From: Lobosporangium transversale
Lineage: Eukaryota
Reading direction: 5' to 3'
DNA: 27,148 nucleotides
Assembly: GCF_002105155.1 (NCBI RefSeq)
Contig: NW_019029013.1
Location: forward strand, 434,001 to 461,148
Shown: positions 1-11,701 of the stretch, piece by piece
Numbering within the stretch: position 1 is the stretch's first letter
Layout of the letters: every line of letters begins with the position of its first letter
Notes under the pieces: model-generated
What the model saw: only the letters and a program-made list of their open reading frames with translations
Told to the model about the DNA's origin: nothing
Databases searched by the model: none
Made by a program: the position numbers and the translations under genes

Positions 1-2906
1 TTATGGAACTCAAATAGTAGGCGTGACAGTGATGTGATTGCAGCAGAAACCATGTGAGGGGTTGTACCAGCCAAACCAGCGGTCACCATGGTGAAATACT
101 CACTGATGCTGGCTTGAGTCTCACTAGGTGCACCCTCCATATCGCCGACACGCTCTGTCGAGATGATTCCGCCAGCCTTCATTTTGTTTCCCATAGCTAC
201 CAAGAGCGCATACGCAATATCTCGAGTCTTCTCATTCACTTCCTTAGTAGCCACAACAACCTCAGACAGAATTGAAGGAACGAAATACAAGTCGGTAGGA
301 TCCAATAGAGAAACTACCTGCCCAATCAATGACAGACGAGCACGTTTAGCTGTAGCTGTAGCAGCAGCAGTGGTCTCGAGAATCGTGCGTATCAGCTCCT
401 CAAGGTTTGATTTCAACACAGTGCGGCCAGTTTCGGTCTCTGTCATTGAGTTGACAATCTTGTAAGCCTTCTTCTGGAGAGCAGGATCGGCATCGTTGGC
501 AAACAAGTTGACAACTGCCTCGTACAGGCTGATCAAGCTGGGTCCATCGACATATGCAACCATGATATCAGCAAGGTCCATCAAGTTGTGTGATGCAGGA
601 GGTGCATCTCCTTGTTGAGCAGGACTCTGGACAGTCGTTAAAGCCGTATTAAGTTGAGCCAAGACAGCCAAGAAAGTCTCTTGCAAATCCTTAGGGGTTG
701 AAATGCTTAAATACATTCTCATGACTTCTAACAGGTATCCACGGAACTGCGGCAGAGTAGCCTGGAAGATGTTGAAGAAAACCATGAGGTAAGGACGAGC
801 ATACTGCTGCAATAATGTAATATTGTTCCTGGCCTCGTCCTTGCTCATCAAATACTTGCGTTCCAAGACTGCATCACTTTCTGAGCTGTCGATAATAGCC
901 TGGTTGCGTACAACCAAGCTCGTCAAGGCTTGACAGAGGACTGCTCGAAGATCTGGGACAGAGTAGAGAACGTTGCTGAAGCGCTCCGCAAGCTCCTTCG
1001 TGAAAGCCATCTCCATATCCACGGGCAGGTCGCAGAATCCGCTTACAAGACTCCAGATCTGACCAATCAAAGTCTCGTAAACCTTTTTCATCATACCATT
1101 CTCAGTACATTCCTGAGCCTTGAGATTAAGACGATCAGCCAGAGGAATCAGTGTACTGGAAAAGTACTCTAACTCTGTGTTGGTGATCGAGTTTTTGAGA
1201 AGGGGCAACAGCCATGCGCGACCACGCTTACCCTCCCCAGGATTTTCAATGTTGAGAGGAAGAGTGTCGAGGAAGATACGGGGGCCAACAGTGCTGATTG
1301 CAGTTGACAAGACAACATCCAAATGGGCCTTTTGGGTGAATGCAGGAGTGAAGCGAAGCTCGTCAATGATGGGAAGGAATGAAACAAGCAAGGGGTTAGC
1401 GGCGTGGTTGAGCCGCTCGAATAGAGTCTTGAGGATATCCAAAATGCCCAACCAAGCGCTCTGAAAACGAATATCGAATCCGCCCTTAATAGTGGTTGAA
1501 ATAGTTTCAATAATGCTCCTTTTTTTCTTGTCAGATTGCAATCCACGGTTCTTCTTCATCTCTTGTACTGCAATATCGATCATCCTATCCGTGATACAAT
1601 GGGTGATGAGCTGCTTTAGACAGTCAACAGTTGAATTATGAACAGAGACGGGATTAGACGAATCCAGATTGGGAAAGATGGTTTTAAAGAGCTGGACAAG
1701 AGGGACTGCAGCTTCCTGAGGCACCTGTGCTCCATGGCCTGCCGCCCTCATAGAATCTTGTAATCTCGCCGACTCGACAAATCCTGCACGAACAACATCC
1801 AGCCATAGAGGCATCAGTGTAGCGTCGTTAGCATTAGGTTTAAGCTCCAGCACTGCACTCATCACATGGGTAATCTTTTCAAGTCTGGAGACAATCTGGT
1901 CCATAGTTTCTGCGGGAGTTTGGTTGGCGATGGTGGCATTCTCCTGATGAACTACTACAGGGGCATCGGGTGATTCTTTTGTTGAAAGCAATGATTCAAA
2001 GACTTGGAAAGCAGATGATGTGAGATATGGGTTGTTGAGTTTAGGAAGATGAAGGAGAACATCGCATAATGGGAGGAATTGCTACAAAATCAAAAGAAAA
2101 CCACAAATAAACATTAGTATTTGAAAACTGACTATAAAAGCTTTGTCATCAGTATAAAAAAAAAATAAAAAAAAATAAAAAAAACATTCCTACCTCGACT
2201 GGCCAGGCCTTTCCGACCATGCGAACGAGCTGCAGGGTATGTAAGATCATTTGTGTAGCACTGTCCTTGTCCTTGGATCCAGCTGCGCCAACAACACCAT
2301 TGCCAGACTCCTTCAAGACCTGGAGGGTGGTCTGAGCAACAATCTTCATTCCTGGATGAACAAGCATCATCAGAGGTGGATGTGTGACAATGTTTCGAAC
2401 AGCCTCCTGAGCACGCTTCCTGGGCTTGGGTCTTGAGTCTAATGAGAGAATGAGTAATGTCTGAAGTGCCTTTAATGTGGTGTTATGGCTCCATGCACCA
2501 GAGTCCTGAGCAATCAAGAGGTGCTCCAGGCAGGTAGTCAGTGATCGCAATGAAGGTGCAGATGGCGGTGGCTGAAGTGCTAAAATTGTTGTGATAACGC
2601 TCAGCGTAGGATTATATTGAGATCGGAGGACGCTAACAGGGACACTAAAAGGTGAAGAGTAAGATGAAAGAAAATGAATTAGTAATATAGTCAATGACCT
2701 GGATTTTCCTCTGATCATAAACGCTGCAAACAAAACAAAACACGCCACTTTACTTGGGAAAAACAATAGCAAGAAGATTAAGAATAGCGGATCGCATTTC
2801 TTCGACCTCAGGGTCGTCTTTTTGTTGATCCAAAAGTGACATCTAGCATAAGTACATGAATAAGTATGTTTAGTCAATTGAAAGAAAAAACCTATAAACC
2901 TTTTTA

Positions 2907-2942
<36 letters not shown>

Positions 2943-3384
2943 AATACGTCCTTTACCAGTGTGGCAAAGTATGCTGTTGGTGTGATCTCTGCACCCTGCT
3001 CTCGTAGAGTCTATCACAAAAAAAGGAGATCTTACATAATTAGTAAATCAGTATACTACATGCTTCCAACAAAAGCCTGACCCCTGAATACTCGACGATA
3101 AATTTTCTAGTACCTCTTCCACAGCGAGCAGCGTGGTTGCATGCATCTGCTGATTCGGAAGCTTGGACGACAGCTGCGTCCTATCAATATATGTTCCCAG
3201 GAAATCCCCCGATAATGTGCATTAATATTCATAAATAAAAGAATTTGGGAAGTATACAAGTTTACAAGTTAGTTGGGCGTAGTCCTTTTTTATTTCACTT
3301 TATTTTTTTTTAAAAAAAGCGAAAATTTGGGTATAGAGATAAATATAGTTTGACATGCCTAATCTTGGCAAAGTGCTCCTCCAT
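1..3384 (-). CDS. RRP12: Ribosomal RNA-processing protein Rrp12 (HEAT/ARM-repeat, NUC173 family); 3' end truncated by the window edge
   Basis: Exons 3384-3359, 3180-3114, 3010-2957, 2842-2754, 2644-2194 and 2081-<1 join in phase. They give MEEHFAKIRTQLSSKLPNQQMHATTLLAVEETLREQGAEITPTAYFATL..., then DSRPKPRKRAQEAV and ...AGLAGTTPHMVSAAITSLSRLLFEFH, which are typical Rrp12 motifs. Introns 2-5 are GT-AG and intron 1 is GC-AG. Confidence 0.93.
2911..2940. repeat. A30 homopolymer (in RRP12 intron 3), one of many long A/T runs in the introns and UTRs of this window
   Basis: Read directly. Similar runs include 16569-16593, 16636-16658 and 19408-19440. Confidence 0.9.
3181..3358 (-). other. Non-canonical GC-AG spliceosomal intron (RRP12 intron 1, 178 nt)
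   Basis: Donor AG|GCATGT at 3358 and acceptor GATAG|G at 3181 rebuild the Arg codon AG+G in KIR-TQ. A CTAAC branch-like motif lies at 3272-3268, with no other AG between it and the acceptor. Confidence 0.85.
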
Positions 3385-3578
3385 CGTTAGCCGTTGCCGT
3401 ATAAATGAGGTAAGGAGGAAGAATGGAAACGGTGGTGAAGGAAAGAGAGCAGAAAAATAGAATGGTATAACGGCCAAGGTAGAATGAGTACAACAACAAT
3501 AAAAAAAAAAAAAGGTCTTGTGCTTTGTTTACTTGAGAAAGGTAGTCACAACTGCGGTCCGCGAGCGCCACTAAAATG

Positions 3579-3588
3579 TGCACGTGCA
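3579..3588. promoter_or_regulatory. Palindromic E-box (TGCACGTGCA) about 200 bp upstream of the RRP12 ATG
   Basis: Perfect 10-bp palindrome with a CACGTG core in the 225-bp gap between the LRR gene stop and the RRP12 start. Function is not demonstrated. Confidence 0.35.
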
Positions 3589-3609
3589 TTTTTTGGAAAA
3601 AAAAATCAT

Positions 3610-6600
3610 CTAGTCCTGACACACCTCAGCAATCACATCGTCATCAATGCCTAGTAACTTGAGCTCTTCCCAACCGACCCGGGCCCTCTCTCGCAACATC
3701 TTCCGGTTAGCTATCATTTTCTTTTGCAAAATGTGCTGTTGCTGCATTTGTAATTGCTCAAGCTCTTGACGGGTATAATGCTCCTGTGCGGCACGATTGC
3801 CACCATTCCAAGAGCTGGCGCGCGATAAATTAACTCCAGCCGATGTTGTCGCAGGGGTTGTTCCAGCAGCAGAATCCATGTTGGTTGTTGACGAAGCTAA
3901 GACCGATGGTGTTGACAAGGATAAGCTGCTATCAAGGGTTACCTTGATCAGGCTGTGGTTCCGTCGAACTCCTTCAATGATGGGGTTGCGAGTCCACGTT
4001 CCTCCGGATCCTTCCTCAACATTTGATGCTGCTCCAGCATCTATCGTAGACGCGGCTGTTCGGTTGTTCGAGCTTTTAGGGTCAGTCTTAAGCGCGTTCG
4101 GATGCATGGTGCTGGGGACTGTTCGAAAGGTATCTATAGGAGCGCTTATTGTCGTTGCATCATGACTGCTAGGCTGCGTCCGTTGTTTGGAGGATTCCAA
4201 TGATAGTCTTGATGAAAAGGCTAAGGCTGTCTTCAGAGCGGCGCCAATATTTTTGGGTAAAGAGAGGTTGCGAACATGGGTCTGCTTCGGACGGTAGGCG
4301 GCCTGTTGGTGCGGCTCATGCTGTTTCGGCTCTTGCTCTGGCTGGTGCTGTAAGGATGAGAATGTCGAATCAGATAGAGCTTGTTGTGTCTCACGCCCTG
4401 ATTGGTGTTGATGATGGAACTGTAGAGGAGCGATCAAGGAATCCTCGGAACCACCCATCCAAAACACAAGTAAGGACCGAGTAAAGCCTAAAGCCTGTCC
4501 CATAAGTTGCAAGTCTTCGAATTGACCTCTTGATCGGATCAGGTACACAGAGTGCAGTGTTTGGTTTAGCATTAAGCCCTTGGCAATAGCAACTAATGGT
4601 GCGCCCAGGGTAGTTAAGGATCGAATGCGCTTGTTCGCCTCCATCAGTCTTAAAAGGCCTAGCCCGAAAAGCTCCAGCTCTGATTGCACCATAATATCAA
4701 CTTTCCCGATCCCAAAGTCCTGTACAGATGTGTTTTCACATAGGGCTTCAATAATCCAGCACATACCCTGTGTAGACATTGAGAGGGGACTTAGGATCGT
4801 GATCGAGTTTATCATAATCCAGGGCTGTACAAGCGCTTGCGCAAGGAGCCATGCAGTACCATCGCCAACTCGTGTACTCTTAAGATCCAGCTGCCGCAAG
4901 TTTGTAAAGAACCCTTTTGTTGGAACCAAAGGCATCTTGGGTGGGAAAATGTTTGTCGGCTCCAAAAGTTCGTTCGCTATCACATCATGCTCACCCATCG
5001 AACCTTCTGGTTGAGGAATTGGATCAGAATCCGATCTTACTATTGCACATCCAGCTGATGTGTTAACATTACTAGAATCCATGGCCACTCCATTTTGGAC
5101 AACAAGAGTTCGTAAGAGCCGCTGCAGCGCTTGATCTTTCAAATGTCCACAGTGTCCCAAATCCATAATCTTTAGACTTGAAGACGCATGCACTTGGTCA
5201 AGTGCGTCACATAATGCTAGTAGGCCTTCAGAGCTAATCGGACAGGCCTGAAGATCCAATTCTTCAAGTCGACACAGCCCTGCTAATCTCTTGGTTTCCT
5301 TATCATCATCTCTTGAGAGATCTTCCAATAATACTTTGGCGAGTGATTTAGCGGACTGGTCCCCAAAACCTGTACATGCAAGACGCAAAGTGACCATAGC
5401 TGAACCAGCTACTTTTTCCAAAATCCCAGCGCACTCGCTATCCATCAATTCCTTGCTCCCAGACATGTTCAAATATACGAGGTGAAGCCGTGATTTGATT
5501 TTTGCCAATGACTTGAAACCTTGTACAGTGCATTGGTTATCTTCGATATCTAGGTACACAAGGTGCCCTCGTTCATGTGTCTTCTCTCGAACCTGCTTGC
5601 GCTGCATCGCCTCCTCTGTGATGAACTGAGGATTATGGGAAAGGAGACGCATTCCTGGCCGATGACCTGCTGCAATTGCGACAATATCCAGGCGGTTTTG
5701 AAGGTGGAGCTGGTTTTGCAAAGTATTAGAGAAAGAGATTCCATCCATACTTTTGGCAAGAGCTGCTGCAGCCTGATCACCAAACCCTGTCTGCGCCATC
5801 TTCAAACTTGTGAGCCTTGGCCCAATAGCACGAATAACACGTGCAGCTCCTGTATCGCTCAAGGATTCATTCTTAGAGAGGTCCAAATGACAGATGTTAG
5901 TACTATATAGCCCTTGAGCTAAAATGATGGCGTTGCCATCATTTAACTGACTGTTCGATAGATCAAGAGTGACTAGTGAGGTTTTTGCCCGAATGCCTGT
6001 GATGATCGCCTGTATCTGCAGGTCTGAGATACGAAATCCTGGCAATATAAGCTCTTGCAAGGACGTGCAGGAAGCAATAAGTTGACTAAATGCGCTACGA
6101 TCTTTCGAGCCTATCTCCATACCACGACCAAATTCAAGTCTTAGCAATGAGGTTGCTTTGACAGCCTTGGAGGAAAGTCTTGCAAAGAGCGAAGGAAATC
6201 GCAGCAGCTCCAGAGAATGTAACTGCCCCTGTGTCAGTAAGTACAGCAATGGATCATATTTCTTGTGCAAGATCTTATAGGTTGAATCCTCAGCAAAGGA
6301 GCACCCATCGAGAGACAAGACTGTTACTGTTGAGCTAGCAAGGGCCTTGGCAAGTCTCCAAAGATCCTTCTTTCCAAAACTCCAGCCTAGTTTGATGTGA
6401 ACTTCTACAAGCGATGGTGCCACTTTGTTGGAGATCCATGAACAAAACGTACGAGTCTGAGCCCTAGAAAAGAGCATAATGGAGACAGATCCAGATTGCT
6501 TGTCAAAAAGACCACGCCGGGAAACGACCCAACGCTCGAATTCATCAATGTTCTTCTCAAGAAATGTCCACCGATAGTGGTAAACACATATCCAGCTGCT

Positions 6601-8401
6601 TTGACCTCTTACATTACTGACACGGTACAAGTTCCCCAACTGTCCAGACTGATTTCTTTTGATGGGGTTTGAGATTCCTAGATATGAATATAGTTGATGC
6701 AGGTCCGATAAGCCATAGAGTCCACGTAAGGTATCACCCTCATCCTCCGAAGCTTGTTCATCATCGTGTTGATCCCCCAGAGGCTCTGATCTCCCATTAC
6801 CCCTCGATTGTGAATCATTTCGCGGTCGGAGACTCTCAAGGAACTCGATCATCGTATCAAACTTGAGCTCTACATCCTGAGCAACTGAGTCGGGCATATC
6901 TGACCGTCGTAAGTTCGAGATCCTTATTACTTTCTTTAGATTCGATTCATGAACAGAACTTCGTTGCAGTTGAGGTTGCTGTGGCTGTATTTGCTTTAGT
7001 CCCTGTCCTTGTCTTTGTCCTTGTCTTTGTCCTTGTCTCTGTGTGGATCGCTGCTGTGGCATCCGTGTGGAGACCTGTTGCAATACTGCGGTGGAGTCTT
7101 CAACTGGACTATGCCCATACTTTAGAAAATAGAGAAGAATCAGGATCATGGACCCATATCTTTTGAAAAATTCATCCTGTCGGTCAGGATCAATTTCGTA
7201 TCCGGGATGTTTGGCGATATGTAAATGATTCAGTCCGCTTCCAAGAGGTAATGTGAAACTAGAACTGCATTCACATAAGAAGTAGAGTCGATATCTCATA
7301 GGAGACGTTGATTGTCCAGCTGCGATGTTGCTCGCTCCGGTATTTTCGCCCGATGCTGCCCCATACCCGCTGTCACTTGAATTCGTCCAAGTAGCTCCAT
7401 CAGGTAGAACAATAAACAACCGAGGAACTGTGTACTCGTGCACTGAAAATCGATTATTTAAAAAAGCCTGGACTGACGTTCGTATCCGCTCTATTCTTCT
7501 TGAATGCTCTGGAGCAATGAGTGAAAATGACTGTTTCTCACTTCGGACAACTGAAGCATCTGAGTTGGAGGTCGAAGCAATATGAAGACCCTCTATGATC
7601 CTCTCAGGATTTGGTATGTGTAAGGGACCTTGAGATGTAGGATCATGATGTTGTTGGTGTTTTTGAGAAGAATCCTCCTCCTTGCTCTCCTGCTGCGTTG
7701 TGTGAAGTTCAATGAACTCCGGTACGTTTGCCTTGTTGGAAAAGGGGCTATTTGTTGAAGCAAAGAGAACAAAGCAAAGCAACCAAAAAGGGATATCAAC
7801 ATAGCAAGAAAGATGCAAGTCGTGTCAGAACATAAGTAATAGCTGGATAAGGATAACAATACCGATCAGCAGGAGCGGTAAAAGGGGTGACAAAGGGAGT
7901 GACGAGAAGAGCAATGGAGCCGCATGACAAAAAAAGAAAAAAGAGGAAAAAAAAAAAGGGTATTGGACAAACGAGTATGCCATTTCTCAGCGCATAACAT
8001 CCACAACATCTCCATAGAAGGAAAGGAAACGAGTTGGTAAGAGCAAAGGAGACCATTATACTGTGTTCCTATTTATATTACCTGGCGCTGTTTAAGATAT
8101 TCTTGATTGAATCCTTGCGAGCAGTTGATCCTGCTGAGCTCCCACGATGGGCAAGAGCATCCTGTGCTGTGGAGTGCACAGTATTAGTGTCAAACACCCG
8201 AAGATAACCATTCGATAAACGGCGACAGAGGCTACTACGGTCTTTTTTGTGACTAGGAGTGGGTGATGGTTGGCTGAATGTCCTTTTAAAAGACTTTTGT
8301 TTGTCCAAGGGAAGTGAAAAAATGGATGTTGTTTGTGACTGTGCCATAGGCCATTGAGGAGGCTGTGCAGCCATTGTGGGGTCTTGCCATTTGTGGCTCA
8401 T
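3610..8401 (-). CDS. Large RNI-like leucine-rich-repeat protein (~1485 aa) with an N-terminal PRLFIVLP/YFLCEC/GNLYRV..WIC..HY domain
   Basis: A 1402-codon ORF at 3610-7818 carries RI-type LRRs (LVTLDLSNSQL, ICHLDLSKN, LEELDLQACPI, LRQLDLKSTRV). An upstream exon at 8401-8082 ends AG|GTAATA and joins in phase to the acceptor AATAG|C at 7748/7747. The 334-nt intron has a CTGAC branch-like motif and a pyrimidine tract. Confidence 0.85.
7004..7039 (-). repeat. 12-bp tandem repeat x3 encoding (RQGQ)n within the LRR gene
   Basis: TGTCCTTGTCTT x2 plus TGTCCTTGTCTC on the + strand; the protein reads QRQGQRQGQRQGQG. Confidence 0.9.
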
Positions 8402-8905
8402 GATATGGTGGAACAAAGGGAGGAAGAGACAGAGGAGAAAGAAAAAGGGATGGAAGGTGAAGCTGGAAAGGAAAAGTCGCTTTTGTATGATCTATTGCAA
8501 GCTCTTGCTCAGTCAGAAAGGAATGCTGGCGGTGATTCTGTATTATGTCTGTATGTATGAATGGTATGTATAAGTGTATAAAAATACAAGTCAAGTGAGA
8601 TGCGAGTAAAAGAGATTAAAGAAAGAGAGGGAAGAGTGCGAGAAAGAGAAAATGTGTGAACGTCTCCTGCTAGATTCGTATGCGACTCTGATGAATGAGG
8701 AATGAAAACAGGTTGCCATAGTCCATTGTAAAAAAAAAAAAATTGAAAAAGGGAAAAAAAAAAAGAAGGCAACAATAGGGGAGAGAAGGATAAAAAAACG
8801 TACTTGTTCAACCGTCGTTGCTGTTGTTGTAGCTGTGCAAAGAGAGTTAAGAAGGAAAGAAAAGGCCTTGGATTAAACTTTTTCAACAGGATCAATGTCG
8901 GGTAT

Positions 8906-9111
8906 CCAATTGGCCGTCTGCTCATTTCCCAAGTGGCATGCACATTTGGCATATATAGACATGGTTCTTTGCTGCAATGGTTCTTTTGCTATTTTCTTCC
9001 AATAATTGCTCTCCTGCCATGCCATGTTTTTTTTTTTTGTTTTGGACCTTGGATATATTCATATCATGGCAGAAAAACTGTAGTTTTTACATTTCTCTGG
9101 ATGCTCATTGG
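8906..9111. promoter_or_regulatory. Cluster of CCAAT boxes upstream of the LRR gene
   Basis: CCAATTGG at 8906-8913, CCAAT at 8999-9003 and ATTGG at 9107-9111, upstream of a CT-rich leader on the minus strand. Confidence 0.3.
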
Positions 9112-9812
9112 CTAAAAATGTCTCAGTTCAAAAAAATTTAATTTGAAACGTCCTGTAATTTCAGGGCTTCATTCTCTAATTGCATGTCAGCAATCTGATT
9201 CGTAAGTGCACACTGTTTGGTCTTAAGGAGAACAAAAAATGCTCTTGACGTTGATAAAAAAAGCTTGCTCATCATCATGTCTGTTTTTACTTTGTGTCTC
9301 CGCTGAAAAATGCCTCGCCAAGTATTTGCTGCATTGTTGAAACCTCCTCGAATACGTCTTTATATATACACGTATATATATATATTACTCCATACCACTA
9401 TATTTATGGCATGTATAGTTCATGTACATGTACTTCACATGCCATGTTGTCAATCAGGATCGGATATAGACATGAAAATATTTACAAAGGACCATTTGAA
9501 CCATACAATTGAAGAGCGACGATACTTTTTTTTTATTGGAGTATCGATGATCCCCAAAGAGGAGAGGATATATTGATAAGCTTATAAGCAAGGTTGTTAT
9601 AAGTATAAGTAAAGTTGGAGAGAGGAAGGAATGAAAGAAAGAATAAAGGAAAGGAGGATAACTTTTTAAACTATAAAAAGGTCGAACAGAACGACAGAGA
9701 GAAGGTAGAAGCGACAGCCATGGCAAAGCTGAGATTCAAAAAAAATTGTTTGCAACGAGCTGTGTCTACTCTCGTGTTTAAAGAAATTTGATTTCAAGTG
9801 CGCGTTTTTTTC

Positions 9813-10106
9813 TTAAGCATGGCCATCCGTAACTGGGCCCTGATGTGATCCTTGAGTAGCCACCGGAGGCTTGTCCGAAAGAGAGCCCTTGGCCATAGCC
9901 TCTTTCGCATTAGAAGAAGCACTCAAGGGAGCCACAAATTCGCTTGGTGAAAGAGACTCGACCAGTTGTTGGAGTACAATCGGATGATGCTCAGGATTAA
10001 AGCCTGCAGATGCAGATTGTGTCCGGGTGACTGTGCCGACTTGCAGGGACGTGAAGTAACGGGTAGGAGAAGGTGCTGAGCGGAGGGCGTTAAGGATGGA
10101 CGACAT
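9813..10106 (-). CDS. Small hypothetical protein (97 aa), possibly mitochondrially targeted
   Basis: ATG-initiated ORF (AATC ATG TCG) that is visibly more GC-rich than its flanks. It has a CT-rich leader with no nearby upstream ATG and a pyrimidine/AT-rich 3' flank. No family recognised. Confidence 0.6.
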   Translation of the reverse strand: MSSILNALRSAPSPTRYFTSLQVGTVTRTQSASAGFNPEHHPIVLQQLVESLSPSEFVAPLSASSNAKEAMAKGSLSDKPPVATQGSHQGPVTDGHA

Positions 10107-11670
10107 GATTGACTGGACTTTTTTTTTACGCGTGATTGATATGCGCTATTTGGATGGACGCTGATGTATCAAAAAGAGGAAAAAGATTTCCGAAGACTGC
10201 TTGTGCGGCAAGATAACGGGACTAACAGCTACCAATGATGAAGATGACGGAATGGGTTCGACTCGATAATAATAAGTTGCCGGCAGAACAGCTTCGAACG
10301 ACTAAACACAAACGGGGAAGGGAGGAAGAGGGCTAGTAGGATATGGAGAAAAAAAAAAAAAAAAAAAAGTAAAAAGAGTGAAAAAGGAGGGAGATAAGGA
10401 AACAGGCTGATAAATAACGTGTGTCTTCGCCGAGACGAGGCATGCTCAAGGGAGGGTTTTGGCATGGACAACTATGGCAATGGGAGGATTCAAACACATG
10501 AATGCGGATGGTCGTGTGTCTCGTAGAAGGGAATATCCTTGTCCATCTCATAAATCGGAGCAAAATTGCTTATGCTCTTAACTTGATGTGAGGCAACTAG
10601 CCTAGTTTTGGTGTAAACATCGCCCGAGATAGAAAACGACAATGTTTTGTTGTGTCACAAGGGAGATGAACCCATCTGATGTGAAAAGATAAAGGGAGAC
10701 ATATGCATCTGTGAACGTGAACTTGATCATGTCCTTTCAACCACTTCTTCTAGAAGAGTAAAGGCAGGAGGTAGGATTATCTCCCTGAAAACTTGATCTT
10801 TTCTACCTTTTGCTTTCTACTTCATCTATTCGTCCACCATCAACATGTATACTTGACCTGCATTGCTGGCCTCATATTATCTGTGTTGCCTGTATTGGAT
10901 GCTTGACAATCTACCAACCGGATTCTATTCAATAGATAGGCTATTGCCCTCACTTACAATGGCAGGATCTCATGCAAAAAGAGATTATGACTTTGGAGAC
11001 ATATCCTGTTAGAAAATCCTTTTGTTTTAGTACAGAACATTAAGGCAGTGTTTTTCCTCGGCGCATGGGCCTACCATGTGAAAATGCTTAGACAACCCAT
11101 AATAGGAAGCGACAGCTACTGATTTCTTAAAGTAACCACAACTCCTGTTACCTGCCAGTGCATACAACGAGTAGTTGAGCCCCATACCAGCATAAGGGAT
11201 CAGATGACATATGACCCTTGCTACTATGTACATGTATTCAATACATTTTTATTTTTGAGGTAGTACAGACATCTACAAGATGAAGGTTCTTCCCTCAATT
11301 CAGGAAACAGGGGATCTCTCTGATAGCAACTTTATGATCAAGAAACAAAATGTTTGATGCCCCCAACTCCAGATCCGAGTGATTAGTGCGGAATCCCTTA
11401 GGAAGGTAAATTTGTAAGCATTCTATCTGAGATCAAGTGTAAGTGGGGCTGTCATCACGCATCAGTTAAATTATAAAGACCCTCTTACCATCGTTCTTGA
11501 GCGTTGCAGCTCTGAAGGCTGAAGGCTTGAGTATTGAGCAATGACTTATGGTTCCGCCCTTAATCAGAGCAATAAGTTTTACACAAGAGAAAATCAAATA
11601 AGGCATCATTGGCGAATAGGGTTACTTGCCTGGTTCTCTAATCGAAGCATCATTACAGAGCACGAGAAAG

Positions 11671-11701
<31 letters not shown>

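Noticed and set aside
10255..10265. B-box/T-loop-like GGTTCGACTC, possible tRNA
   Set aside because: No T-stem pairing, no acceptor or anticodon stem, and no properly spaced A-box.
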